DNA from: Rhodosorus marinus CCMP1338
Lineage: Eukaryota; Plantae; Rhodophyta
Assembly: GCA_029953675.1 (NCBI GenBank)
Contig: JAMWBK010000006.1
Coordinates: 310,001 to 374,000 of the forward strand
Reading direction: 5' to 3'
Length of the DNA stretch: 64,000 nt
Translations under genes and position numbers: made by a program
Part shown: positions 49,138-63,429 of the stretch, one piece after another
Numbering within the stretch: position 1 is the first letter of the stretch
How the letters are laid out: the number at the start of each line of letters is the position of its first letter
Notes under the pieces: generated by a model
What the model saw: the letters and a program-made list of their open reading frames with translations, nothing else
What the model was told of the DNA's origin: nothing
Database searches by the model: none

Positions 49138-49590
49138 ATGGTGAGGTGGTTGAACACTTTCATTGAAGACGCGAAGGTGGTTGAGAGGGGCTTGATTCAA
49201 GTTCTTGGAATTGGACCTGCGAGGACGAAGACTCTTTGTCGAGCAGTTGGGATTGCCCCGACCACAAAGGTCGGGGACTTGAGGCCTTGGCACTGGGATC
49301 AGATGGCAAAGGAGATTCATACACGAGGTTGGAGTATTCAAGAAGAACTTAAAAAGGAAGTTTATGATAACATTGTGAGACTGCAAAGAACGAAGCACAG
49401 GAAGGGATACCGCCACGCCTTAGCGCTCCCAACGAGAGGCCAGCGGACGAGATGGCACGGCAACCAAGCAAGACGAGCTGGAAATAGGGGAGAAAAGATG
49501 GACATGCACCTCGCAAAAGCAGAGGGTTATAAAACGAAACAGGATTGGCAGATCAACAGGAAAGGAGCCGAATATCCACCGCGATTGTAG
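49138..49590 (+). CDS. RPS13: Nucleus-encoded organellar (probably mitochondrial) ribosomal protein uS13
   Basis: GLIQVLGIGPARTKTLC, NIVRL...KGYRHALALPTRGQRTR match the bacterial-type S13 pattern. Intronless. Confidence 0.88.
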   Translation: MVRWLNTFIEDAKVVERGLIQVLGIGPARTKTLCRAVGIAPTTKVGDLRPWHWDQMAKEIHTRGWSIQEELKKEVYDNIVRLQRTKHRKGYRHALALPTRGQRTRWHGNQARRAGNRGEKMDMHLAKAEGYKTKQDWQINRKGAEYPPRL

Positions 49591-49871
49591 CAGAAGTAGG
49601 CGTTTGTCCAACGATTACCTCTTATTGTAGCCAGGTAGAAAGCGAAGTCATAATTAAGTAAAATTAGCAACCTTGTGAAGTGCTGTGTCAAATATTGATG
49701 TAATGGTTGAAAGCAAGCTGATTTGCCTCATAAAAACGCTGAATGAATGCTCTAGACGATAACATTGAATACTGCTGCTTCCAGCAACTTGTCAGATTTA
49801 TTTTGCTTGTTCTTCTCTACAGACAGATGGTATGAACGCAGCACAAACACAGATTTGCTACTAAGAAATAG

Positions 49872-52298
<2,427 letters not shown>

Positions 52299-54574
52299 CT
52301 ACCTTCAGTCAACAACAACACAATTCCCCGCGAGAAACAAAAACAAAGTCACAAATCCCACTTTCCTCTCTCACGTTACCCACACCACAAATCCTTCCCA
52401 AAAGCAAAAAGCCCAACCCCCCAATCGGCCCGACAGCAGCCTTTAGCACCCTCCGTCAGCCTGGTCTTTATATACGACAACTCCTTGCTCAATATCTCTC
52501 AGACATCAGAGAAAACATATAATTTACCTCAAAACTACCATCTTAAATTTTCAGTCAGGATAGACATTAATTAACCCCTCCCCCCCTGTCAGCAATACAC
52601 CGGACTTTTGCAAGAAGAGTCAAAACTTTATTACCCCTCTTACAAAAAATTCTACGGAACATAAACATCAAAATTACTAAATTATTTGCATCTTTTATTT
52701 TGCAGCCCCTGAACTGAATTCGGACTCAAGCTAGCAAGCTCTAGTTTGAGCTATATGTACGGGTAGGGGAATAGCAACCCAGGAGTTTGATAGTGCTGTC
52801 TTGGACCTGTGTTCCTCCCCCCTAGACAACGTAGTGGCGAAATGATATATTTACAATTTTTGTTATTTTATTACATGTATTTAACTTATGGAAGGTTCTA
52901 GCCACCCCTATAAGGATTAGGACTCATTATATGCAGGTAAAAAATCTCCGAAAATGGACAATGAATGTTCTAGATCCAATTCTGACATGCCTTGTCTTAA
53001 AAACATCCGAAATACATTTCTTGAACCGAAATCTTCATCATTGAAATCCAAGCAAAAAAATGAAGCAGATCTAGGAATCTTGAATCCTGAATCAATTTTG
53101 CATACAGATGTTGCCCGAGACCCCTACTGTTCGAATCGCCCAGGGGTTATTGATTCTTCAGACATAAAAAGTCAGCAATACAATTCTTTTATCGTTGCTG
53201 TATCACTTATGCGTTAAGCTGCACACAAAATATTTGCCTAAAAATATCCACAAGAAGACAGAAAGAAACAATATACATTCTGGAAACTGTGTTAGAGAAA
53301 CGCTGTACGAAAAATTTGAAAATATTAAAACTCTAGTCCCCAGGACAGAATGGGAAACCCCCCCTTTGGTTATTGAAGAGTCTTCCTCCTCTTTGTGAAA
53401 AAAATAAGCCCCGGAATACTACTCAATCCACTGATACCATCCTAGTCAATAAATAGCCAATCATATGAATTATACGCACCATTCAATCGAATACACGCAT
53501 TAAATAGATTGAATACAACCAGTTTAATTGTTATTCTTTCCTTTACTGCAGCCAATGAAAGCACTATTTCGGGAAACAGCTGAAATTATTTTCATGAGGT
53601 AATATAACCTAATTGCTGGACTATGGTAAAGTTGACTGAGACTGGGGTTGTTTGACTGCATGCAGCATGGGGTGCAAACGGTTCAGTCCCAGACTCTGGC
53701 TAGTACAAGAACAGCAATTTTACAATGATTGGGAATCTAATGTCCGTGATTGAAGGGGTTTAGCTTCAGCGCCCAGATTAGGCGATTCGATTGTATTAAA
53801 GCGTTTAGACTGGCGAACAAACGGACTGAGAATGATCGCCATTCCACGTTTCGCGCTCCGCCATACGCGCCTTTGGGTTGATTTCGAACCGTTTAATAGG
53901 AATCTAGATTCTGCGTGGCGAAAACAAAGATACCAGCATGCGAGCTTTTAGCCTTAATGGTCAATGCTCGTCAAATATGCGCTATTGCAATCTGCATCCT
54001 CTCACGTCCAGTCAAATGGTGTGCATTTTCGAAATGAAAAGTCGTGAAGATACCCGTCCATCGCTCGATATCCTTGAGTTAATGCGCTATCCCCCCGCCG
54101 CTACTCATCCCCGTTGTACCCGGAGCATAGGTGACGCGATTCCATTTCACAGACGATGTGTATCGTGCCTGTGAGACGCTCTTGGTTCGATTGCTCTATA
54201 TCCTAAGCTCGTGTTCTGAGATACTCGACCCCCATCAACACTCGAGGGAAGAGAACGCTCCTACCTGGCTGAAGATCAGTCAGAGCGTAAGAAGACGTTT
54301 TAGTAACCCGTTCGTTAACAGCATTTTTTCTTTGAGATGCAACTGGCAAGCAGCTGAAACCGATTGTCCCATCGGATCAAGCAAAGTCAATCAAAAGTTC
54401 TCCAACTCACTAACGTCTGTTCTCCCCCCCAAATTTTATCCGAAAGTGACCTGATCAAACCGCCGATGTGGATGACAGGTTTGTCTCACTTTGGATCCTT
54501 CTCTGAGGGCCGTGTGGGACGGAAACGCCAGCTCAATCTGAAGTCATACGATCCATCATTTCGAAAAGGGACAG

Positions 54575-55193
54575 ATGGAGAAAGAGGAAGGTGAGGATTG
54601 GGAACCCGTCGACACGACATCACTCGGTCGTGCAACATGGACGTTTCTTCACACTCTCGCTGCAAACTATCCGAAGGTAAGCTACGGTTGCGCGTGCCAC
54701 ATTAAGCTTGTTCAGAAAGAAATTTGGCTGACCGCCGCGCCTGAAACATCGGACACTAGAAACCAACTGCAGTAGAAAAGACAAGAATGATGCTATTCAT
54801 GGCTCACTTTTCAGACCTGTATCCATGCGAGGTTTGTCAATCCGGACTGAAGGATATAGTAACAAAGACGCCGCCAGAAGTAGAATCAAACAAAACATTT
54901 ACTCGATGGATGTGCAAAGTACACAACGGAGTCAACGAACATCTTGGAAAGGAACTATTTGACTGCTCGAAAGTAAGACGAACCTTGAAACCTTTACGAT
55001 CTCCAATCCCTCAATAGATCAGAACAACTCGTCATGCACAGTTCCACAGACGGACACGGAGCTTACCCAAGGGAACATTTCTACCTAGGTTGACGAACGA
55101 TGGGGTGTTTGCGAGTCGTGTAAAGTGTACAGAGAGGATCTTAACGCCTTCAAAAATCTTATACGAAGCATTCCCAGTTCAAAATCTGGCTAA
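54575..55193 (+). CDS. ERV1: FAD-linked sulfhydryl oxidase ERV1/ALR, 2 introns (5' end uncertain)
   Basis: LGRATWTFLHTLAANYP, LYPCEVC, WMCKVHNGVNEHLGKELFDCSK; after intron 54973..55088 it reads VDERWGVCESCKVYREDLNAFKNLIRSIPSSKSG*. Confidence 0.92.
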
Positions 55194-55257
55194 GCTTGCC
55201 TTTCCGGAGCCTGTGTTTGCCATAGAACCGGAAACGAAGCGGCGTATTTTGCATAAA

Positions 55258-56298
55258 CTAAATGAGCAGCTCTTGGTCCATACTCGGCCTGAGCGGAAGC
55301 CCCTTCCTTGCGCCGGGCTGGCCAAGCTTAACGGAGGCTACTCGCGAGGACAATTTTAGCATTTTCCAGAGCGGAAGTGCAGAGACTAGGCCGTAGATAA
55401 TACCACCGATAAAAGCGTCTCCAGCTCCTGTTGAATCGACAACCTGGTTGACCTTCTCCGCCGGACATCTGACTAGCACAGCTTGTTCACCATCTTCAAA
55501 CTCCATCACTTTCAAATCAAGATCAGCCGTGTCATGATCTTCCGCATTTCTCTTACACATGAATAGACTTCCATCTGCTCCGAGCGTTGTTATTACAAAC
55601 TTTGCGCGCCCTAATCGAAGCAGCGAGTGCATGCCGCTATAGACATCTTCACCGAAGACTTTCGGGTATCTCTGGTTTGTGATGATGAAGTCGGCAAGAG
55701 GGAGCAGTTCACGAATATGAGGCCTGTCCTTCTCAACATCCAGAGAAATTGGAACTCCTCGTTCGATTGCTAGCTTCGCAATTTCGATCGCAGCTAATGT
55801 ATGCCTTCCGTCTAGATGCAGGTGGTCAGCCTCCTCGAGCCATTCCGACTTCACCTCCCAGGGATGTAGTTCTGAATCTGATGGTGTATGGATGCAGGTT
55901 CGAGTGCCGCCTGCTCGTTCAGTTAGGACGTATGTGAACGGAGAGTTCATGTTCTGCTGCACGATCACGTTCGAAGTATCAACGCCCTCTCCTTCAAGCT
56001 CGCTTATTATCTGCTTTCCTGTGCCATCGTCTCCAATCTTGGTGAGAATCGAGCAAGGTAGGCCAAGTCTGCTCACAGCGGTGAGGGTGTTCGCACAGTT
56101 CCCTCCTCCAGCAACTTCAAACGATACCGTGCGGATCTTGTCGTCCGGATTGGGGAACGTGTCAACTGACGCGAGCAGGTCGATCGCTGCGGCTCCGAGG
56201 CCAACCACTTTGCGGCTACGAATCTCAGCTGGGACTGCATTGTCAACCCTCTTCACAGCAACTGGCTTGCTAGTGCCCGCGGACATGACGAAAGCCAT
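55258..56298 (-). CDS. PfkB/ribokinase-family sugar kinase, probably plastid-targeted, intronless
   Basis: GGGNCANTLTAVSRLG (signature 1), VITTLGADGS, VVDSTGAGDAFIGG (signature 2); leader MAFVMSAG. Confidence 0.92.
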   Translation of the reverse strand: MAFVMSAGTSKPVAVKRVDNAVPAEIRSRKVVGLGAAAIDLLASVDTFPNPDDKIRTVSFEVAGGGNCANTLTAVSRLGLPCSILTKIGDDGTGKQIISELEGEGVDTSNVIVQQNMNSPFTYVLTERAGGTRTCIHTPSDSELHPWEVKSEWLEEADHLHLDGRHTLAAIEIAKLAIERGVPISLDVEKDRPHIRELLPLADFIITNQRYPKVFGEDVYSGMHSLLRLGRAKFVITTLGADGSLFMCKRNAEDHDTADLDLKVMEFEDGEQAVLVRCPAEKVNQVVDSTGAGDAFIGGIIYGLVSALPLWKMLKLSSRVASVKLGQPGARKGLPLRPSMDQELLI

Positions 56299-57320
56299 TT
56301 TGTCAACGCAGCTCGGAATAGATTCGCATCCGACCTTGTCGACCAGCTCAGTCAAATAGATGTTCCGCTCCAAGCCATCACTATCACCAACTTTGAGCTG
56401 AGAATGTTCTCAAGAAACAGATGCACTCACGCGCTCGACAACGCCAAAAACGGGATCCTAATACCAATCCTCAGCAGAGACCAATGCGCGCGGACAATCC
56501 TCAAGTCTCCATGTTTACCGCTCGAGATGAAACGAGAAATTTCTACTCGGCCGTTGACTGCATCGATCAATGCAGTCAACTCTCAAGATGACCATCGCGT
56601 TGGAGGGGCATTCTATAGGCGAAGCCTAGTGCAGGCCACGCTGTCGGATCGAGATCGGCGGAGTCAATAGGAGTTCGCTAAAACTTCGCGTCCCACCCAC
56701 TTGTACATGGACAATACAAACCTGTTTTCTGCGAGATTCGAAAGTGTCGCTATTGGGTGACGATGCCATCTCTTTTAAGAATCGTTAAAATACGAAACAA
56801 CTAGACGACTCCTCCTTTAAAGTGAAATTCAAAACTCCATCCAGGGTGTCTTCTTCCCAACGACTTCTGAAATCTGGCTCGATCTCGTTAAGCACCGATC
56901 GGTACGGTGACCGCTTCGATCTCGTCGAGAATTCTACGCACCGTAACTTCGTCATGATGCGATTTTGAATTTTCTGGTTTTGTGTCTATGTGGCAATGTA
57001 GTCCATCTTCTTCGCCGGCATCGCATTGGAGAAGGTGAGGTGAGGCGGTCGGCCTTTCTGTTGGAGCTAGCTGGGTGCGAAAGGGTTTGGGGAGGTTTCA
57101 CACCTCGCACGAGTGTATGAAAGCTGTGTTTGAGAGTTATTTTTTTTTTGTTTTCTCGCCGTTTGAAGAGTGATCTGTTGCTGAGATGTTGACTTCGTCA
57201 ATGTTTTGAATAGACGTTTGTTGTTGTTATTCCGTTATCGTGGCTGGTGGTGGTATTGTAGTTTTGGGGCGAGGGTAACTTTTGGTGGGAGATTTTTGCT
57301 GAAGAGATTTGGATCGACTT

Positions 57321-58097
57321 ATGGGGAGAAGCAAGCGACGGATTGATAGTTCTGGATTCGTTGCCGTAAATGCAAATCGGATCGGTTCTCAGCCTGGGAG
57401 GAGTAGAATATCTGCTCGACCACCGCGAAGGAGCGCGACTGCGCCACTTTGCTGCTCAGTGAGAATCAATGGAGGATGGGAGATGCTGAGTATGGTTATT
57501 GGATATGCGACTTTGGCAGGGTCGTTATTATATAAGGTGCCCCAGGTCGCACGTGTGGCGCGACATCAGCGAGGCGATGGGATCAGTGTCTCTGGCTTGA
57601 GTTTGGAAACCCTGGGTACTTCATTGTCCGGTGTGTATTCAACTAGAAGTCGATTTCCGTTCAGCACCTATGGAGAATCCCTATTCATTCCTGTACAAAA
57701 TCTGGCGATTATGGCCTTGGTCATCTTTTTCGAAAGAGCACCCGCGAAGCCGTGGATTCTCTGGCTCCTCCTGTATATTATCTGCCTGGTCACATTGATG
57801 CTCCCGGGGACATCTATGACCATTGTAGCGTTTCTCAACGTGTGCGCGACCCCGATCATGTACGTGAGCAAGGTCCCTCAGCTCCTTCTGAACTTTCAGA
57901 CGAAGAGTACGGGACAATTGGCTCCAATTACGTTGGGACTGCAGTTACTCGGAAACGTGGCGAGAATTTTCACCACGATCGTACAAGTACGCGATCCAAT
58001 TGTCTTTCTCGGGTTCATAAGCGCCTTCTTTATGAACGGGGCGCTCTTCCTACAATGGTGGATATACAGAAGTTCCACGGCAGTACCTCCGGCGTAA
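57321..58097 (+). CDS. PQ-loop protein, MPDU1 (mannose-P-dolichol utilization)-like, intronless
   Basis: LYKVPQV..G.S..LSLE, FPFSTYGESLF..VQN, SKVPQLLLNFQTKSTGQLAPIT..GNVARIFTT. Confidence 0.88.
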   Translation: MGRSKRRIDSSGFVAVNANRIGSQPGRSRISARPPRRSATAPLCCSVRINGGWEMLSMVIGYATLAGSLLYKVPQVARVARHQRGDGISVSGLSLETLGTSLSGVYSTRSRFPFSTYGESLFIPVQNLAIMALVIFFERAPAKPWILWLLLYIICLVTLMLPGTSMTIVAFLNVCATPIMYVSKVPQLLLNFQTKSTGQLAPITLGLQLLGNVARIFTTIVQVRDPIVFLGFISAFFMNGALFLQWWIYRSSTAVPPA

Positions 58098-58945
58098 AAC
58101 GAATGGTTAACCGTGTTTCCCCCTATTGTCGCCCAGATTATGCTCTTGAACTCGTCGAATTCCATCCTTTAACTATCTGAGAAGGAAATCGGATCTGTGA
58201 CTACGAGCGAACACTACCACCTCCATCATCTTCCACCAGGAACCCCGTTGCTAGTCCGGGCGAACAGCCGTTATACAAGCCAGAAAACTCAGCTGCGAGT
58301 GTATTCCATGCTACGAGGGAGACCTTTTGCACTTTCCAGTTAGTCTGGGAGAGAGCGTGGCACCAATATTTGCCATCACGCAGAGAAATCGCAACCCCAA
58401 GCTGCAGCAACATCTCCAGATTCCAACTGCCGGGGTCCTCCTGGTTAGATCTCTCATCACCGTTGCGTTGAGAGATCTAACACGGGGCATTCAGAGTTGT
58501 CAATTAGTCTGAAAGAGCTGTCTACAGTCTTTGTTAATCGTTTCAGTAACTCCACCTCCGGGAAGCTCCTTTCTGAAGATCTCCATGCAAATCCCTTGCG
58601 CCCTTCGCCAAATATTTAAGAAACACGAAAATCCGAATCCTTTAATTAACTTACCAACCTCAACACAAACGTAAATAAAATAAATAAATAAATACAGTTT
58701 ATATATTTGTCTTGTTAAATAAATCAGTACCTATAATCAATAATCGTATTAAAAAATAATTAGTTATACTTAACTATGCGTGAAAGTAATTGAGCGCTCT
58801 TTCCAAAATTGAATTTAAAATGTAATTTAATTGAAGGGAAGGGTTCACCTCGTGGGGGTTTGGTCATGGAGACTTTGTACAAGGTGTGGACCGGTGGATA
58901 GCCAAGGAGTGCTTCTTCTTTCCCTAATGAAGGAGTTTGCAAAAG

Positions 58946-60690
58946 ATGTCTGAAATAATTGAACCGGAGGCGTTAATGATCGATGACAGTGAACGGGTTC
59001 AGCGACTTTTTGTGGGAGCAAAGTTTGAAACCCTCGAAGCCGCGAAGCTAGTTGCCGAGAAATACGAGGAGGAGTCAGGTTTCAGGCTGAAAATTGTTCA
59101 CAGCTCTAAAATTCGTGTTAGATTTGCTTGTGCACAACACTTGGATTGCCCTTTCATGGTGAATGTAGGGCGAAGAAGGAAGCACGGAGATTACGTGTTT
59201 AAGACAATTGTTACCAACCACACGGCAAAGGTACGTTTTGGTCGTATGCCTACAGATCCACAACACAATTCAAGTGCTGCATTGACCGCAGTGTTTCCCT
59301 TGTTCAGGAACGAGGGGCCCTTCCGAGGAAGAGGAGACGAGGGCTGCCTGAGATTGTACGGGAAGTTGCAAGGACAAAACCTGGCCCAGTCCTCCCCGCT
59401 GACGTAATGAAGGCCACGGCAGCCGCGAACGGTGAACCTGTACCATACATGGTCGCGTATCGAGCAATAAAAACGGCTTCGAAGGGTGAAGACGAGAAGA
59501 GAGCGAAATCGTTTCAGAGAATTATACCATACCTGAAGATGTTAGGCTCAGAGAACCCAAATAGCCGGATTGAATATGAAGTGGACTCTGAGAAGCGTCT
59601 TCTTCGAGTTTTCATCTGTTTAGGTTTCGTGAATGAAGCACTACAGAACATGCGTCCTCTGATTTCGCTGGACTCGTGCGAGTTGAATGGGAAATGGAAG
59701 GGAACAGCATACTTTGGGACCTCTCGGGCGGCCACCAACGAGGTATACCCACTTGCGTTTGCGATAATGGCGGGAAAGGAGGACGCGAGCAATTGGACAT
59801 GGTTTCTGGGAAACCTGGGTCAAGGATGTCCTCAGCTCTTGACGATGGAGAGAAGATTCGTCTTCGTTAGCGATCACGATGGGGGGAAGGTGCATGCTAT
59901 GAACGAGATTTTTCCAGAATGCCTACATACTCTTTGTGCGGCGCATCTCAAGAGCAAAGTTGAGTCAGCTTACGGAAGAGAAGTAGGCTCGAAAATTATT
60001 CAACTCGCAGGAACATTCAGCCTCTCAGAAGCGCAGGTGATCTGGGATGAGATCAATGAGCTCTCGCCGGAGGCAGTGGAGTATCTCAAGAGTATAGCTC
60101 CTGAGCAATGGCTCAGCAGCGAATGGGTCCATGATAGCAGTTTGCCCCCTCGTTTCGGGATGATTTGTTCGAACGAGAAGGAGGCAACGAGCACCTGGGT
60201 TGATCTCGCGCGAAACCGGACATGGGAGCAAGTTTTACTTGAGATACAGGACAATATTTGTTTCAGATTTGGCAATTCACGGAAAAAATACCGAGCACGT
60301 GAGTCGAGCGGGATTGTTCCGGATGTTATGAGAGCTGCCCGTGATGCTTGGGACGAGGGCGCCTCCATGTCGGTCATAGAGACCAACGAAGGTAGATTTC
60401 AGGTCAGCGAATCCCAAGATTGGTCGGGGCACATCCAGGGCATCATGAACATCGTTACACCTGCACAGGCAACGTGCACATGCGGAAAGTGGCAGGATAG
60501 ATGGTTTCCATGCGAGCACGGATGCGCGTACTTCAAACACATACGAAGAGCTGTGCATGTGAACCCGTTCGTGCATTCCCTGTACCAATTCAGTTCCGTA
60601 CGGGAGACTTTCAAAGTGAACATCAACCCTGTTGTACCAAGTATGGTTCCGTACGATCGCGAAACTAGACCCCCACCAGCAGGAATTTGA
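58946..60690 (+). mobile_element. Mutator/MuDR (MULE) transposase gene, 1 intron, no TIRs recognised (possibly domesticated)
   Basis: Phase-0 intron 59231..59307 (GTACGT..TTCAG) joins ORFs 58937 and 59407 in frame. N-terminal MuDR DNA-binding domain (VGAKF..C....DCPF..H). DDE core ISLD / VSD / CAAH / SNEKE. SWIM finger CTCGKWQDRWFPCEH. Confidence 0.9.
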
Positions 60691-60983
60691 AGTAGATGTC
60701 ATTTATTTATTGGGGACGTCGCTACTCGCGCAAGGGAGAGGCTTAGTTGATGGTCAACTTGTGTCGAACTAGTACTCTTTCAGGTAGCTATTTGAAATAT
60801 TTTGTGAAGGTAGTCTGCGGCAACCTGCAGTCGACCAAATCAGCCGACTGTAACGAACCACCCAACTGTAACAAACTAGCCACCTGTACAACAATCTTGA
60901 GAATTTCGAATCCAACCACTATCCAACCACTGTTCAAGTTGGTTGAAAAGGCTAGGCTTGTGTCTTGTCCACATGATGGCGGA

Positions 60984-61409
60984 TTATGAGTTCACTTCTC
61001 CATCAACGGTTTTCTCAAGAATCTTCGCTTGTTCAGTCCCCAAGATCGCTCGCCGTTTCCATCTTCCCGGTTCTCCATACGATCTTCTACAGTTCATCCC
61101 TGGTTGAGCGGGGTCCTCAATAGGATCTAAGGATCAGATCACATGATGCTCTGCATTACCATAGGCGCGAGCCGAAGCGATCTTTGAAACTCTTGCAATG
61201 AGCCCGCTTGGCAGGATGAGGGCTCGAACATGTAATGCACTCGTCCCCAATCGATGATGAATGAAGGATCGGTGATACAAAACGCATTCGAGTCTATTGT
61301 TCACAGCAGCTTCCATAAAGTGGTCCAGTTGGAAGCCAATCCTGGCATAGTAGGTGCCACCCTCAGCAGCTTCAAGGAGCACTCTGCATTGCTTAGACGA
61401 ACTCTCCAT
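60984..61409 (-). CDS. Possible small spliced gene of unknown function
   Basis: ATG 61409 opens MESSSKQCRVLLEAAEGGTYYARIGFQLDHFMEAAV...; a downstream open frame DPIEDPAQPG...TVDGEVNS* follows a CCTTAG acceptor. No family recognised. Confidence 0.35.
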
Positions 61410-61485
61410 AGTTGTCAGTGAGGGTTTCCCTTCCCCATCTCAGCGCCCCATCCCAAAATTTTCGCGTGTGTATGTTGATGTTTTA

Positions 61486-62971
61486 TTAGCTCCGCGGCAC
61501 TGCCTGGAACAGTCTCAAGTACAGGACGAGCAGAATAGTACAGAACGCTGCACAACTTGCGGTGGTCCACATCACCGTGTAAAGGTCAGGCAAGGTCGGT
61601 ACAGTTGGTCCGAGCACTTCGACGAGATGGAGCAGAGCGATGAAGATCAGGGTTCCAGATAGAGCGATTGCAAACCCTGGGCTCCGGCCTTTTTGCTTGG
61701 GAATCGTTGTGGTATAGACGAAAACTGCATGGATAATCAATAAAGCCAGATACGAGATCGCCTGACCTTCCCTCTTGAGCAGGGGGAACATCGACGTGCA
61801 CGCAAAGATCGAGAATATTGCTGCAAGCAATGGTTCTTCCTCCGAGAGCATGCCTATCGCAACCTGAAATGAACAAACGGAAAGGGGGAGACAAGAAATA
61901 AGACACTCAACAATGACGAACAAGGCAAGGCATTCGTACGAACGTCGAATGCAGATTTAGCAGGTTTACCTGTGGTATCAGAATCTGCTTCTCATGCACC
62001 TGATACGCCAGAAGATAGCAAGCCAAGGAGCAAATGGAGAGTGCGCGCACTAAAACTTCTGGTCGCGGGTATTTCCAAACCATGAAACAAGAAGGGAGGA
62101 TAGCAACGAGAGTACAGGCTCCGGAAAGCTTTAGCAGCGTTGATTTCCCAAAGATATTGCGCAGTTTTATGGCTGGATTGATAGAACACCAAACGTTCGC
62201 CACTTTGTCCTCAAAGAGACCCCGATTTACGGGGAATATTCGACTAAGAACAACTTTCACGTCGAAGAATGCCCAGATCAGAAACGTCGTTCCCAAAATC
62301 GTCAGAGTCAAATGAGCTAGGTAGCGAAGGCCCCTAGTTCGTGACCTTCCGAGGCAATAGCATGCCAGCGCGGGGAGAAAATAAAGAGTCATATGCTTGA
62401 AGTTCATAGAGAGTGTGAAAAAAATAGATCCAAGCACGTCTCGGCCGCTGATCACGCTCGATAGAGCAGCAACGAAAAGGCCCAATGATACACCGTTGTA
62501 CTGGAAATGGCCGTGGTCCACGAGTAGGAGAGCGGGTGCGCAGGCTAGATAATAAAAAGTCCTCAATTTCTTACTATCAGATATACTGCGCTTCGAAAGG
62601 AACCAAAAAACGGCAGGAATCAACACCATCATGTCCCACAAGATGACTGAAGCGCGCATAGCAGCGCGCGAGCCTTCCTCCTCATACCCTCGGGACTCAA
62701 ACAGCGCCACCGCTGCTGGATCTACAGCCTCGATTAGAAAGGATGTTACAAATGCATGAAATGCTGACAGAGGCGGATAATCAATCCCCCAGTAATCCAC
62801 ATCATACGTGTACCACTCCGAAATGGGTTTCCCTCTCGTCACCTCCATCCAGTGCCGCTGAGCTTCAAAATCGCCATATGTCGGAACATCCCGCTCTCCT
62901 GAATAAGGATACAGACCAACTCCACTCCTCAAAATCAGGGAACAGATTAAAGGAAGAACCCAATCCATCAT
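61486..62971 (-). CDS. ALG6: Dolichyl-P-Glc:Man9GlcNAc2-PP-Dol alpha-1,3-glucosyltransferase, 1 intron
   Basis: YGDFEAQRHWMEVT, YWGIDYPPLSAFH, LLLVDHGHFQYN, NFKHMTLY, RIFPVNRGLFEDKVANVWC, YQVHEKQIL, SMFPLLKREG. Confidence 0.95.
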
Positions 62972-63429
62972 TCCTTCCCATAACTCTTCTTCCCATGAGC
63001 ACAGACTTCACGACACCCGACCTCCTCATTCCCCCAATATCAATGCAATCTCAGGGACAGCCTGTCCTCCCCATTTAGCGCTTCAAATTGGCTTTGATTT
63101 TGCAAGGCCCTTATAGCCAATGATTATCTAGAATTTCTTAGCACTAGAGTATTGAATAGGAGTTTGGTGTTTGTAACTTTGAGCAGGACTGGTGTTGGAA
63201 AGGATGGTTGTGTTTAGGATACCTTGAATCATAATGCATCTATTGCTTAGCATGTAATACTAGTGCGAAGGAGATTGTTCGTCAAACTTAGAATAATTAC
63301 CAGAACGTGTGCAAACGAGCATCGACCGGATTTTTGGCAAATGCCTTGATTGCGGTAATGTTGTCCAGGTCGTCGGCAGGTTCCTCAGGCTTGGAGTTGC
63401 GTCTGTTTTTTGCTAAGCTTCAAACTGCT

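Noticed and set aside
54140-54180. CVSC followed by GTGAGA as a possible upstream ERV1 exon with an N-terminal CxxC
   Set aside because: No good in-frame YAG acceptor links it to the ERV1 core; kept only as a caveat.
58500-61000. Terminal inverted repeats or TSD around the MULE gene
   Set aside because: None found by eye; the absence is tentative without a computed search.
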